A stretch of DNA of 63,997 bases, counting the filler, from Octopus bimaculoides (lineage: Eukaryota), in NCBI RefSeq assembly GCF_001194135.2. It is 5 parts of 5 records of this genome, joined end to end, with 100 filler letters (N's around TTAATTAATTAA, not from the genome) between each part and the next. Parts side by side here need not be neighbours in the genome. Positions count along the whole stretch, not along the records: positions 1 to 17,853 come from NC_068987.1; 4 more parts are not named here. One strand, written 5' to 3'. A program made the translations under genes and the position numbers. The notes beneath the pieces are model-generated. The model saw nothing but the letters and a program-made list of their open reading frames with translations. It did not search any database and was not told the DNA's origin. How positions within the stretch are numbered: position 1 is the first letter of the stretch; each line of letters opens with the position of its first letter. Positions 1 to 11,821 of this stretch are shown piece by piece.

Positions 1-180
1 ACAGAACTCCAGCAGTCTGGTTCCCTCCTCGTTGCGGGAACCGAAGCCATAGCCTCCATGTATGCCATGGAAGCCTCCAGCACGACGTCCGACATGACCG
101 TTGAATTCTCCAGCCACAAAGAGAAGGTCCCTGTCACTCGTCGACGAGGTAGTTTGCAAGAGGGTGTCATAGAATTGGTC
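1..180 (-). mobile_element. RTE-clade LINE fragment (apurinic endonuclease region), cut by the window edge
   Basis: Reverse complement closely matches ~6015-6194 of the RTE copy at 5803 (DFNGHVGRHAGGFHGIHGG..NEEGTRLLEFC region); ends at 180 against a microsatellite. Confidence 0.9.
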
Positions 181-2224
181 TGTATGTATATATATATATA
201 TAGCAAATAAGAAAATGGAGAGGATACAAAAGGACATACGGTAGACATTCCAGTGTGTCTATTCCAAAGCATTAGAAAGTATTAGAAGAAAACATACACA
301 TGTAGTAACTATGGATTACACACACACACACACACGTGTATTAATATTACAAAAAAAAAAGCAAAAGATCAGTTCCTTACGGCTGTTTCTGCCATGAGGC
401 AACGAAAACCTCTATGCCATTTCCATCTCTTCAGTGTTCTGTAGGGTGGGCAGATAAAGTTTGGATGATGAGTTTGCCTCTAGGCTTCTTCAGAGAGTCT
501 AAGTGGTTAGGAGGGCTGTGAGAGAAGTATAACTTATTAAAATGAATTAGGTATAGGAAGGGGAAATAAGCTACAAACTTCCCGTGATGTATTCCAGAAT
601 CCATATTACTTTGTCCAATGGTGGATAGGTGAGTATAGTCATTCTTGGGAGGAGTTTTTAGGAAGGGTGAATTTAGGCATTAATTCGCATTATGTTTCCA
701 TAGAAATTCACATTAAGTTTACATAGAAATACAGTGGTGGATTTGAAGGTATGGTCGATGTTATGGAGGTGAAAGTTCATATGTAAAATGCCAGCTAGTA
801 GGTGCAACATTGTAAATGGTATGGCATAATTAGCTTATGGTGGTGAACCCATCATGGGAAAATTTGGTATATAAGTGTACTAATGAGAGTAAGGAACCAG
901 GTGGTGACTAAAGTGCAGTGTTAGTGTTCATTATTTTTTTGCCGATCAACAAGTCTCTGAATCCCTATGTGTAGTGAGGTGGGGGTCGTGGTCAGTGCTA
1001 CAGCCTAATTGGTCAGCTATTTTTTTGAAAACCATGACATGGTTCCAGTTCGTTGATGGTTACCAGATAAGACAAAAACAAATCAAATAAATATATAAAC
1101 CATTGCCAGTATGGGCAAGTGAAAGAGCAAAATAGAATTAAAACCAAGTAAATGAGTAAAATACAAATAAAAACAAGTAAATGAGTAAGTGCGATAACTA
1201 AAATAATAGGACTAAAGGAAGAGGATCATAAAGGACAGCATAAGAAAAGTAAAAGAGTATAAACGTATAAAAATATAAAACATATATCTATCTATTGGGG
1301 GAATCTACTGTATATGGTTAAACATAATATAGGAGCTGGATAGGGGATTCATTGTTGTCGGAAGGCAGAAGAAGGAAGGTTTCGTGAATAGGGACAAAAG
1401 TGGAACAGACCAGAAGGATAGTGGTTGTTTGTTTTGCTAACTTATACTTATTCAGTGCTAAACCATATACAAGTAAAATATAGAATATTAGATATAAAGT
1501 ATTAGAGGAATGGCACTGTGTTATAGTATTAAATTATTAAGTGTTTTACTTAAAAGGGGTAGTTTGAAGAAAATGTTTACATGGTTATGTATACTGCTAT
1601 CGATGATTCTGTGTATAGCTAAAGCGGGGTAACCTGGATATTTCTAACTACTTAAATGAATGAATGAATGAATTAATTTTGTATTGGAATAGTACTCAAT
1701 TTAGGTCTAAGGGAAGGGGTAATATCAGTTGCATATGTAAATTGGAGGTATTTGTGTTCGGGTAAGGGTGTCAACTATGAGGCGTAGGCATCCATGTATT
1801 ACGATGTATTACGTAGTTTATCTATAGTAAATTGCATTATATTATACTCAGTTATCCGATTGTACATAATGGTTTATATTTATAAATTAAGCTAATGGAC
1901 AGTGTGCTTTATCATTATTATTACTCTACTCATTTCTAGGGTGCTTTTAATTACTAGGTGCTAGTATGTATGATGAACTAGTCCCGTGTGTATTTTCCAG
2001 AGGTTTATAAGGTTCATATGAGAGGGGTTCTTAGTCACAGTGTATAAGCCATGTTTATGTAGAGTGTTCCTAGTAGGAGTATGGAGTAACATACCAGTGG
2101 TAGACAAAAACGATGGGGTATTACTATCTGTACCTGTCTATACTCATGCTCCAGCAATCATGCATATAAATATATCTACAGACCCACATATTCTCCTATA
2201 CTAATACTAATCAGGTATATATTC

Positions 2225-2870
2225 ACACTCATATCCATGTGTGTACACCATTATATACATGTAAATCCATACTGGCCCTTAGCCACACCCTTATCTCCAC
2301 ACATGTGCACACATGTATATATCCATTTCCACAACTATCAATGCATAATTGTGCAAACATCCAAGAACCTATGGCTTCTTGCATAGTCTCACATATATAC
2401 CTATATAAATGTGCATATATGCATACATACACATGCCCATACTTATATCTGTATAAGCCTGTATATACATACACACACACACAAATATGTGTATATATAT
2501 ATATATATATATATGCACAGATACACATCCATATATGTATATATACATATATATACATACACATACATATATGTACACAAATATACCCATACATATATAT
2601 ACATACACACATACACATATGTACATATACACTCAAACAATGCACACTCATACATACAGACACAATACAAGTATTCACCTATACATACAAAGCCTTATAC
2701 CTATACATACTTACACACACAGAAATAGGGTTACAATTGTATGTACTTATATGTGCGCACACACACATGCATAGATACACACATACATGTATACATCCGC
2801 ACATGCAGCATACATGCATATATTCGTACATACATACATACACTCAAAAGTATATACAAGTACCTACCTA
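2225..2870. repeat. (AC/AT/ACAT)n compound microsatellite
   Basis: Direct reading. Similar fields at ~31000-33660, 34340-36530, 37180-38360, 44820-45230, 46180-46300 and 57980-58220. Confidence 0.95.
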
Positions 2871-2929
2871 GAAAAGGTAAATCGCATACTAGTTAATGTG
2901 GGAAGAACCAGGGCATAAAGCACAATAGG

Positions 2930-4285
2930 GGGATGTGGCAAACGCTTATGGTGACCATGTACAGGAAGGTATTGATAATAGGAATATTGTTATTACAATA
3001 CAAATAAGGAAGGGTGCTAGTGCTAGTGGGGGTTAAATAACTAGTACTAATGGTATTTAGAAAAAGTGTGCTTGGTCTTGTGAAGGCAGGAAACATTTCT
3101 CTCCTAAAGAGAATTAACAAGCGGAAGGTTGGCTTTAATCGTGAAGAAAATTGTATTTTCACATAACTTACATTTCCTATTCTTTGTACTATATACTGGT
3201 GCTGTGGTTAAAATCTTCCAATGTAGGTTATAATCAATTTCCTTATCCTTAAGTTCCCATTTGTAGTTGCTCAATCCCATTGAATTTCTCCTATTTCTGT
3301 TTCTAAAGGTGTATCTATGGTCATTAAGTCCATGTTTCATATTATTCTGGGTTGCTCCTACATACACCTCATTACCAGATTGCATACTTACTACACATTG
3401 GTATACTACTTCCTTTCTAATGCAATTATTGTTGAATACACAATTCCTGCTAATTCTACAATCACAGATTCTATATATCTGTGTGGTGGTAATATTGTGG
3501 GTAGTATTAGGTTTTGCATTATTGGTGCTGTGGTTATTGTTGATACTAATAATGATGTTTTGTTATTACTATTGCAATTGCTCGTATCACTATTATTATT
3601 ATTATTGATTTCAATATTATTATTATTGTTTCTTCTTCTTCTTATCATCATCATCATCATCATCAACACTGCTATTACTACTATTATTACCTCATGGCTA
3701 TTGTTATTACTAGGGTGCATATTACTGTTGTTATTTTTTCTACTTAAATAGGTGTCCAGTTTTCTATTGTTTATTGAGGAGATGATGGTAGCCAGGTTAT
3801 GTGTTAAACTGCATCCTATTCTTATTGTTTTGTTATTAATCTCCCAGTATTTGTTTTTTCGTTTTATAAATTATTTGTTAATTAATATAAGTATTGTTTT
3901 AACTGTTATTCTTAATTTTTTAGCAAATGGGATGATTAACCAGACAGTGTCATTTTCATTATTTCCATGATTGGGGTTTTTATGTTATATGTATTGTTAC
4001 TGTTTTTATTTTTATCATTATTATTATTTTTTTATTACTATAATAATAATAATAATTATTATTATTTATGGGTCACTTTTTTCATATTTCTAACACTTCT
4101 ATTGTTGTTTTTGTACCTATCTTTGGTAGCATTGTAGTTGTCACAATTACTGGGGCTGGTAGTAGTTGTCCTATCAGGGCTATTATAGTTGTTGTGCCTC
4201 TGTTTCCTCCAATTTTGACATTTACTGATAGGATTTATAGATATACTATCCATTTTATTATCCTTATTATTGGTGTTATTACTTC

Positions 4286-4316
<31 letters not shown>

Positions 4317-4819
4317 TGTGTTAAAGACATTATTATAGTTCCCGGTATTAGTCCTATCCCTACTACCGACTATATTATTACTCTTATCACTATTAATGTT
4401 TCTGGGGAAGTATTTGTGTCCTTATATCCTGCATTTTTAAGTGCTATGTTATACCTATCCTTGTGTTTATCAAAGATCTCTTCATTAGAGGAAAGGTTAG
4501 AGATCCTTTTACTTATATTTTGTTGTAGGGCTCTTTTTATTTGCTGGGGATGGTTACTAGAATTATTTATCTATCTTAAGGTAGAGTTTTCTTTCATATA
4601 AGGCTCATGGAGTCCAGTGTTTAAGTTGCAATTTATGTCTAAATAGTTGACTAAGTAGTTTTCATTTTCTATAGTTATGGATAGGCCAAACCTATTAAAT
4701 AATTTATGTAATCGTTTCTTAAGTAATTCAAGGTGTCTATTTGAATAGTTCCTAGCTAAAAATAGTGCATCATCCCTATATAGACCTCCACTCAATTCTG
4801 GGAATTCTCTACTTATCAT
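2930..4819 (-). mobile_element. Penelope-like element (PLE), 5'-truncated and decayed: RT C-terminus/thumb, Asn-rich linkers, Cys motif, GIY-YIG endonuclease
   Basis: Minus-strand translation gives GLYRDDAL (RT active site, 4571-4819), then INNSSNHPQQIKRAL..ISKRISNLSSNEEIF (PLE thumb), TVWLIIPF.., CDCRISRNCVFNNNC, VVYQC..EVYVGAT (GIY-YIG-like), and LSNYKWELKDK..KCKLC (3104-3385). Stops and frameshifts are present. Confidence 0.9.
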
Positions 4820-5269
4820 GAGGCATATTTGCCACCCAAATGTGGCTGACCATAAAGGGACGATGCTACTGTAGTTTGTAGCCCCGGGAAGATATCTCTT
4901 CCAGCTGGCTATTGACGCACTGTCTGTGCCCTATCGGTATTTGCAATGGGAAATCATTGTTCCCATCTCCAGCCTGACGCAATACACAAAGATCTGAGTT
5001 TCTGGGTATTGATCCATCATCACCAGCTGGTGATGGGAGATGATTTCTCAATGCAAATATATATACTTTTCCTTGTGACAAATAGTCACTCATATCGTAA
5101 AAGGAGAAACAAGCAATCATAAATCTCTGAGTGAGATGTGAACAGTAGCAGCATGACATCGTGAGGTATATTTGCCACCAACATGTCCCTTTATCGTCAG
5201 CCACATTTAGGTGGCAAATATACCTCACGATGTCGTGCTGCTGCTATTTACATCTTGCTCAGAGATTTA
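4817..5269. repeat. Nested inverted-repeat (fold-back) element including a 60-bp stem hairpin
   Basis: 5120-5179 is the reverse complement of 5210-5269 (54/60 identical, 30-nt loop). 4817-4860 is the reverse complement of ~5186-5229. 4944-4974 pairs with ~5026-5054. Confidence 0.85.
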
Positions 5270-5287
5270 TTATTGTAGATATATATA

Positions 5288-5698
5288 CCGTAAATCCTCG
5301 AGTATAATCCGCAATTTTTTCCCAAAATTTAAAGGTCAAAATTTCTAGTGTGTACTATATACAAGGTTAAAAATGAAAAATATTTTCTAAGAGATAAATA
5401 TGTAAAGGCAATTTACTTAATATTTATTTTTCACTGACGTTATTACTGTTATTTCTTTATTTTCTGCAAATAAAGTGCACAAAAAAGTAACATGTTTGCA
5501 TTATGTTATATATACAATAATAATAAAGGATGTTACCATATATACGTTTACAAACCAAGGATGTTATATAGACCTCCTTGACTCAAGTTAGAGAATGGGT
5601 GTGTATTATACATGAGGGTTAGGTTTTCCAGAAGTACAGCCCCCAAAAAGTCCCCTGCATATTATACTGAAGGGTGGACTATACTCGAGGATTTACGG
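5288..5698. mobile_element. Non-autonomous Tc1/mariner-superfamily (pogo/Tigger-like) MITE
   Basis: TIRs CCGTAAATCCTCGAGTATAATCC (5288) and GGACTATACTCGAGGATTTACGG (to 5698), flanked by TA on both sides; no ORF. Confidence 0.85.
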
Positions 5699-5802
5699 TA
5701 TANNNNNNNNNNNNNNNNNNNNNNNNNNNNNNNNNNNNNNNNNNNNNNNNNNNNNNNNNNNNNNNNNNNNNNNNNNNNNNNNNNNNNNNNNNNNNNNNNN
5801 NN

Positions 5803-8800
5803 GCAAAGAACACAGGTACAAGATTTTCTGGGCAGGAAACACTGACGGGGTCAGGGGCATAGGAATACTTCTAGCAGAAAAATGGGTTGATAAGGTAATC
5901 GAGGTAGTTAGAGTATGTGACAGAGTACTTAAGATGAGACTAGTGCTTCATCATAGGTTAGCTACTGTCATCTCAGCCTATGCCCCTCAACCGGGGCTCC
6001 CGGATGGGCTGAAAGACCAATTCTACGACACCTTCTTGCAAACTACCTCGTCGACAAGTTACAGGGACCTTCTCTTTGTGGCTGGTGACTTCAATGGACA
6101 TGTTGGACGTCATGCTGGAGGATTCCATGGCATACATGGAGGCTATGGCTTCGGTTCCCGCAATGAGGAGGGAACCAGACTGCTGGAGTTCTGTGATGCA
6201 ACCGATCTTATGGTTTGCAATACCAACTTCAGGAAACCTGCCTGTCACCTAGTCACCTACCGATCCGGCAGACACTCTAGCCAAATCGACTACATCCTCA
6301 CCAGAAATAGGGAAAGATGGCTGCTTATAAATGCCAAAACCTTCCCTAGCGAAGAATGTACACCTCAACACAGATTAGTAGTTAGCGACTTTGGGATCAA
6401 GGCAAAATGGGTGCCCAGAAGATGACCAGCATGGAGGAGAAGGGTCCGAAAGCTCAAAGATCCTGTGAATGGACAGAGATTTAGGGACATGTTACTTGAA
6501 GCATTTGACGAAATAGAAGGGGATGTAGCATCATACAACGTGGAAGACAATTGGAGATTTCTGCGGGACAACCTGCTGAGAGCCACCGACCAGATCTGTG
6601 GCTGGTTTAAAGTCCCCTCTCGACCCAGAGTAACGTGGTGTTGAAACCAGGAGGTAGACGGGGCTATTAGACAAAAGAAACAGGCTTGGAAGGACTGGAA
6701 GAACGGTGGTAGCAGGAAATTGTACCAGACTGCCAGAAGGGAAGTCAGGCAACAAGTTTATTTAGCCAGAAGGGAAGCAGATAAGAAAAGATTTGCCAAT
6801 GTTCTGCGCCGTGAGGACCAAAGACTTGAGGTATTTCATGTTGCAAGACAGTGTAGGAGGGAGAATCGTGATGTCATAGGAGAGAAATGTGTTTGAATGG
6901 ATGATGGTACGCTTGCACTAAATGAGGCTGCAAAGAAAGAGGTTTGGAAATGCCACTACGAAAGATTGCTCAATAAAGAGAATGAATGGGAGAAAAAGAG
7001 TCTGCCGTATGTTGACCCAACAGAGGAACCAGTTATCCGAGTCGACGGTACCATGGTAGATAAAGCAATTAAGAGTATGAAGACAGGGAAAGCCCCTGGC
7101 CCATCAGGAATCACTGCAGAGATGCTCAAAATATCTGACAGTGTTGGCTATAGCCTAGTCACCCATATTATTAACCAGGTGATACACGAATGAGTCATAC
7201 CCAATGACTGGTGTAGCAGCACCATAGTCAACTGCTACAAAAGTAAAGGTGACACTTTAGATACAAATAATTACAGAGGTATCAAGCTGTTAGATCAGGT
7301 AATGAAAGTCACGGAGAGGGTCATAGCCCAACTAATTAGGGAGCGAATCAATTTAGATGAGATGCAGTTTGGGTTCATGCCAGGGAAAAGCACCACTGAT
7401 GCTATATTTCTGGTAAGACAGGTGCAGGAAAAATACCTGGCCAAGGATAAACCTCTGTACCTGGTTTTCGTTAACATGGAGAAAGCCTTTGACAGGGTCC
7501 CCTGATCCCTTATCTGGTGGTCAATGAGGAAACTTGGGATAGAAGAATGGTTAGTGAGAGCTGTGCGAGCCATGTACAGGGAGGGTTGGAAATGAATACA
7601 GTAATGAATTCTGGCTAGAGGTAGGGGTCCACCAAGGCTCTGTTCTCAGCCCTATCCTATTTATCATAGTCCTCCAGGCGATAACAGAGGAATTCAAATC
7701 AGGATGCCCCTGGGAGCTCCTCTATGCTGATGACCTTGCGCTAATTGCGGAGTCACTATCAGAACTAGAGGAGAAATTTCAGGTGTGGAAGCAGGGACTA
7801 GAATTGAAGGGCCTTAGAGTCAACCTAGCTAAAACCAAAGTCCTAATAAGTAGGAAGGTAGATAAAACACAAACCCCTTCAGGTAGATGGCCCTGCTCAA
7901 TATGTAGAAAAGGTGTAGGTAGTAACTCTATAGGATATACCCAGTGCAAGCTATGGACACATAAGAAGTGCAGCAATATCAAAGGAAGGTTAACTAGGAA
8001 GTTAGTTTTTGTATGTGGCAGATGTTCAGGTGCAATAAACACTGTAAACAAACAGGAAACAACTTCTGTCTCATTCCAGAGAGAAAAACTGCACATAGTT
8101 GATAGCTTCCGATATCTGGTTGACCAAGTTAGTTGTGGGGGTGGGTGCGCTGAAAGTGTAGCTGCTAGAATAAGAATAGCCTGGGCAAAGTTCAGAGAGC
8201 TCTTACTTCTGCTGGCGACAAAGGGACTCTCACTTAGAATAAAAGGCAGACTGTATGACGCATGTGTACGAACAGCCATGTTACATGGCAGTGAAACATG
8301 GGCTGTGACTGCTGAGGGCATGCGTAAGCTCGCAAGGAATGAAGCCAGTATATTCCGATGGATGAGTAATGTCAGTGTGCATACCCGATAGAGTGTAAGT
8401 ATCTTGCGAGAAAAGTTGAACATAAGAAGCATCAGCCGTGGTGTGCAAGAGAGGTGATTGCGCTGGTATGGACATGTGGCGAGAATGCACAAAGATGGCT
8501 GCATGAAAAAGTGCCACACCCTAACAGTTGAGGGAACCCGTGAAAGAGGTAGGCCCAGGAAGACCTGGGCTCAGGTGGTGAGGCAAGACCTTCGAACATT
8601 GGGCCTCACCGAGGCGATGACTTCTGACCGAGACCTTTGGAAATATGCTGTGCGTGAGAAGACCCGGCAAGCCAAGTGAGACCATAATCCAAGGCCTCTG
8701 CCAGGGATATAGCCAGCCCACTTATGCGTACCTTTCCTTCTTTGGACACTAAACTCCGCTTGCGAAGACCTGTTGAGGTAAGTGAAATCGAAACTGAACT

Positions 8801-9362
8801 ATATTCGACGACTGGCACCAATGCCAATGTCATCTCCTTCATTGGACACGAAAATCAGCTTGCAAAGACTTATTGGGGCAAGCAAAAGCGAAATCGTGAT
8901 GGCACCTGTGCCAAGTGTCGCCTTTCTGGCACTTGTACCCAGTGTCGCCTTTCTGGCACTTGTACCCGTGGCATGTGTAAGGACTTTCGAGCGAGATCGT
9001 TGCCAGTGCCCCTGGACTGTTTCTTGTGCAGGTGGCACATAAAATACACCATTTAAACGTGGTCATTGCCAGTACCGCCTGACTGGCCTTCGTGCCGGTG
9101 GCACGTAAAAGCACCCACTACACTCTCAGAGTAGTTGGCGTTAGGAAGGGCATCCAGCTGTAGAAACTCTGCCAAATCAAATTGGAGCCTGGTGTAGNNN
9201 NNNNNNNAGGAAGGGCATCCAGCTGTAGAAACTCTGCCAAATCAAATTGGAGCCTGGTGTAGCCATCTGGTTTCACCAGTCCTCAGTCAAATCGTCCAAC
9301 CCATGCTAGCATGGAAAGCAGACGTTAAACGATGATGTTGATGATGATGATGATGATGATGA
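5803..9362 (+). mobile_element. RTE-clade LINE, near full-length ORF2 (APE + RT) with stops and frameshifts, long 3' UTR ending in (GAT)n
   Basis: APE motifs (ISAYAPQ, VAGDFNGHVG, SQIDYIL, QHRLVV) at 5934-6425; RT motifs (GKAPGPSGITAE, NYRGIKLL, QFGFMPGKSTTDAIF, MEKAFDRVP, LLYADDL); RTE C-terminus (RIRIAWAKF, LHGSETW, RWYGHVAR, RGRPRKTW) ending at 8679; tail GACGTTAAAC(GAT)n. Confidence 0.95.
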
Positions 9363-10599
9363 TATATATATATATATACACGGGCTGCTGTACCCAGTAA
9401 TTTCCAGGGGTAAAGATGTTCTATTGAAACGCCTTATTACTCTGATATAAGAAAGCAATTTTGTTATAACTGCTACAAATGGTGTATTTTCCATCATGAA
9501 AAAGTACAAAAAAGTGTCTGCTGGAGGACAGAGAGATTGTTGGAGGTTTTCGGAGGTTGGTGAGAGAGGTTGTTACAGGTTGGCGAGAGGCCAAGACATT
9601 ATTCTGCTTAGCGAAGGCATCTGGGAAATGATAACTGCTATCATTCACAGAAAAACCAGTGTTTTACCATGAGAAAAGCGCTGCTGAAGTGTTAAGTGAA
9701 ATTTGGCAATCGAAGATCGAATCCAAGCTATGCTTGCATGAAGCAACTACTAATATGTTGTAGAAACAAAAAATTTATCTGCTGTCATGGAAAAACTGTA
9801 ACTGTAAAAATGCAGAATTATCAGAGTAATGGGCATTCAAAAAAAGTATGTATGTATAGAAATGTATGAATGAAGTCTTTAAGGTTTAAGATTGAAATTA
9901 AGGTAGTGCAATAATAATGTTTAGCAGTTCAAAACTGTGAGTAGTGAAATGCAGAATTAGGTCAGCTGATCGTGAGAATCAAATATTAATCACTTCGCTA
10001 AGATCTATAGGTGGTATGGGTTATTTCCCTTGGGTTGTTTAAATAAAATATTAGTAATATGTAGTAGACAGAAGTTGTTTTTTTTTAATTAATTATATGA
10101 GGTAGATATAAAGATCACTTTAAGGACCCCTATTATCGATTTTTTTCAACAATCTAAGTATGTCACGTGGTTTCCAGACATGACTTCCACTCACGTGTCA
10201 AATAAAGTATAAAAGTGATATTGTCTGCAAAAATTAGAAATAGGACACACAAAAAATCAATATTCAAAGTAATCAAACATAAACAATGAAATGGGTTATT
10301 TCCCTTGAGTGGTTAAAATAATATTGTACAGGTGCTATGGGTTATTTCCCTTAGATGTTTTAAAAAATTAGTTATATGCAGTAGATATAAAGACCCCATC
10401 CAGGGGCCGTATTATCAATTTTTTCAACAATCTAAGTATGTCATGAGGTTTCCAGACAAGTTCTACTCACGTGTCAAGTGTCATCAAAATCAATAAAATG
10501 ATGTAGGAGGAGTTAACTAACAACACCACAAACAAACACTGATTTTCCACATATGTAGTAGATATATATCATATATATATTTGTGAAATAGAATTTGTG

Positions 10600-11474
10600 A
10601 AACCAGAATTTTGCAATACTATTTTATTCCCTTAGTTTGACATGTTTACACTTTTATCACCTTCAAAGTATTCTCCATTTGAAGCAATGCATCAGTCCAG
10701 ATGCGATTTTCACTGTTTGAAACAGTGCTAGAACTTTCGTGAAGTGATGCCTTTTAACACCTCTGTTGTTTTTCTCTTCACCTCTTCCACATCTATAAAT
10801 TCCATAGCACCAGCTTTTGTCACCAGTGATGTCCTTCAAAAAAGGGTCTGGTCAACTTCCAACTGTTCTTTCTGTTCATAACATACATTCAGTTGCGACT
10901 GCTTTTGATCGTCTATAAGCAAGCAAGGCACAAATTTTTTCTGCAACTTTTTTCATTTGCAATTCTTCACTCAAAATTCATTGGCTGGAGCTCCAAGGCA
11001 CACCTGTCATATCAGCAAGTTTCTCAATTGTTCAGCAACAAACCTCCAAGATCAGTTCATGAATTTTCCTGATGTTTTCATTCATTTGGGAGATCAACAG
11101 TTGGTCCACAAGCAACAAGTAACCATTCCTAAAGCATGGAAACCACTTGTAAACTTGTATTTTACTCATGGCAGTTGCCTTGTAAGCTGTTTGAGGCATG
11201 ACAACTGTTTCAGCCACCAATTTCCCCAGGAAAAAACAGAATTTCATGGAAGCATATTGTTCCTTCCTTTCAGCCATCACAAGAATTGACAAACAAGGGA
11301 GAAATATTGCAAAACAAAGATGCACCACATGGCAGTAGGACTACACCCGATGCCAGAAGATGGTAGACTGATTCCTGACGGTCATATCAAGTGGCTTCTA
11401 ATGGTGACAGCCTGAACTACAATGGGCTTGTCCCACATAAAACGTTTCCAGTTATTTTTGAGTACTCCCTCGTA
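10600..11474 (-). mobile_element. Mariner transposon remnant, internally deleted
   Basis: Minus ORF 11032-11328 EQYASMKFCFFLGK..AETVVM..TAY...MSKIQVYKWF resembles a mariner N-terminal HTH. C-terminal EYFEGD at ~10650-10670. Right terminus CCCTCG+TA at ~11467-11474. Left terminus is degraded, so the boundary is approximate. Confidence 0.85.
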
Positions 11475-11699
11475 TATTATTTACAAACAACTTGCAGATA
11501 CAAGTGCTACAGTTGAAAACTCCACACTCTGGACACTAAGAGACTTATGAGGATCATCAGGTGAAAATGTGTGCCATTTCAGCACCTTCCTCTCAACAAC
11601 ATTATTGCTCACTAGCTCCCCCTTACTAAGATCAACTGATTACTAGACTTCATTCAATATCTTATGTGTATAATGGACCTCATCATTTCCATTTACCAA

Positions 11700-11821
11700 A
11701 TCCATTTCGCAAAACTTTGTTTGGCCCTTGGCTATAGTGGAAGACACTTGTCCAAGGTGTCACATGGTGGAACTGAACCCAAAACCACATGGAAGCAAAT
11801 TTCTTAATCATCTAACCATGG
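11700..11821 (-). mobile_element. tRNA-derived SINE family A (CORE-like body), partial
   Basis: Reverse complement carries the family A head and CACCTTGGACAAGTGTCTTCCACTATAGCC, as in the copies at 41935 and 50482. Confidence 0.7.

Noticed and set aside
9143-9262. 55-bp direct repeat around a 10-N gap in the RTE tail
   Set aside because: The copies are identical on both sides of a tiny gap, indicating an unmerged contig overlap.
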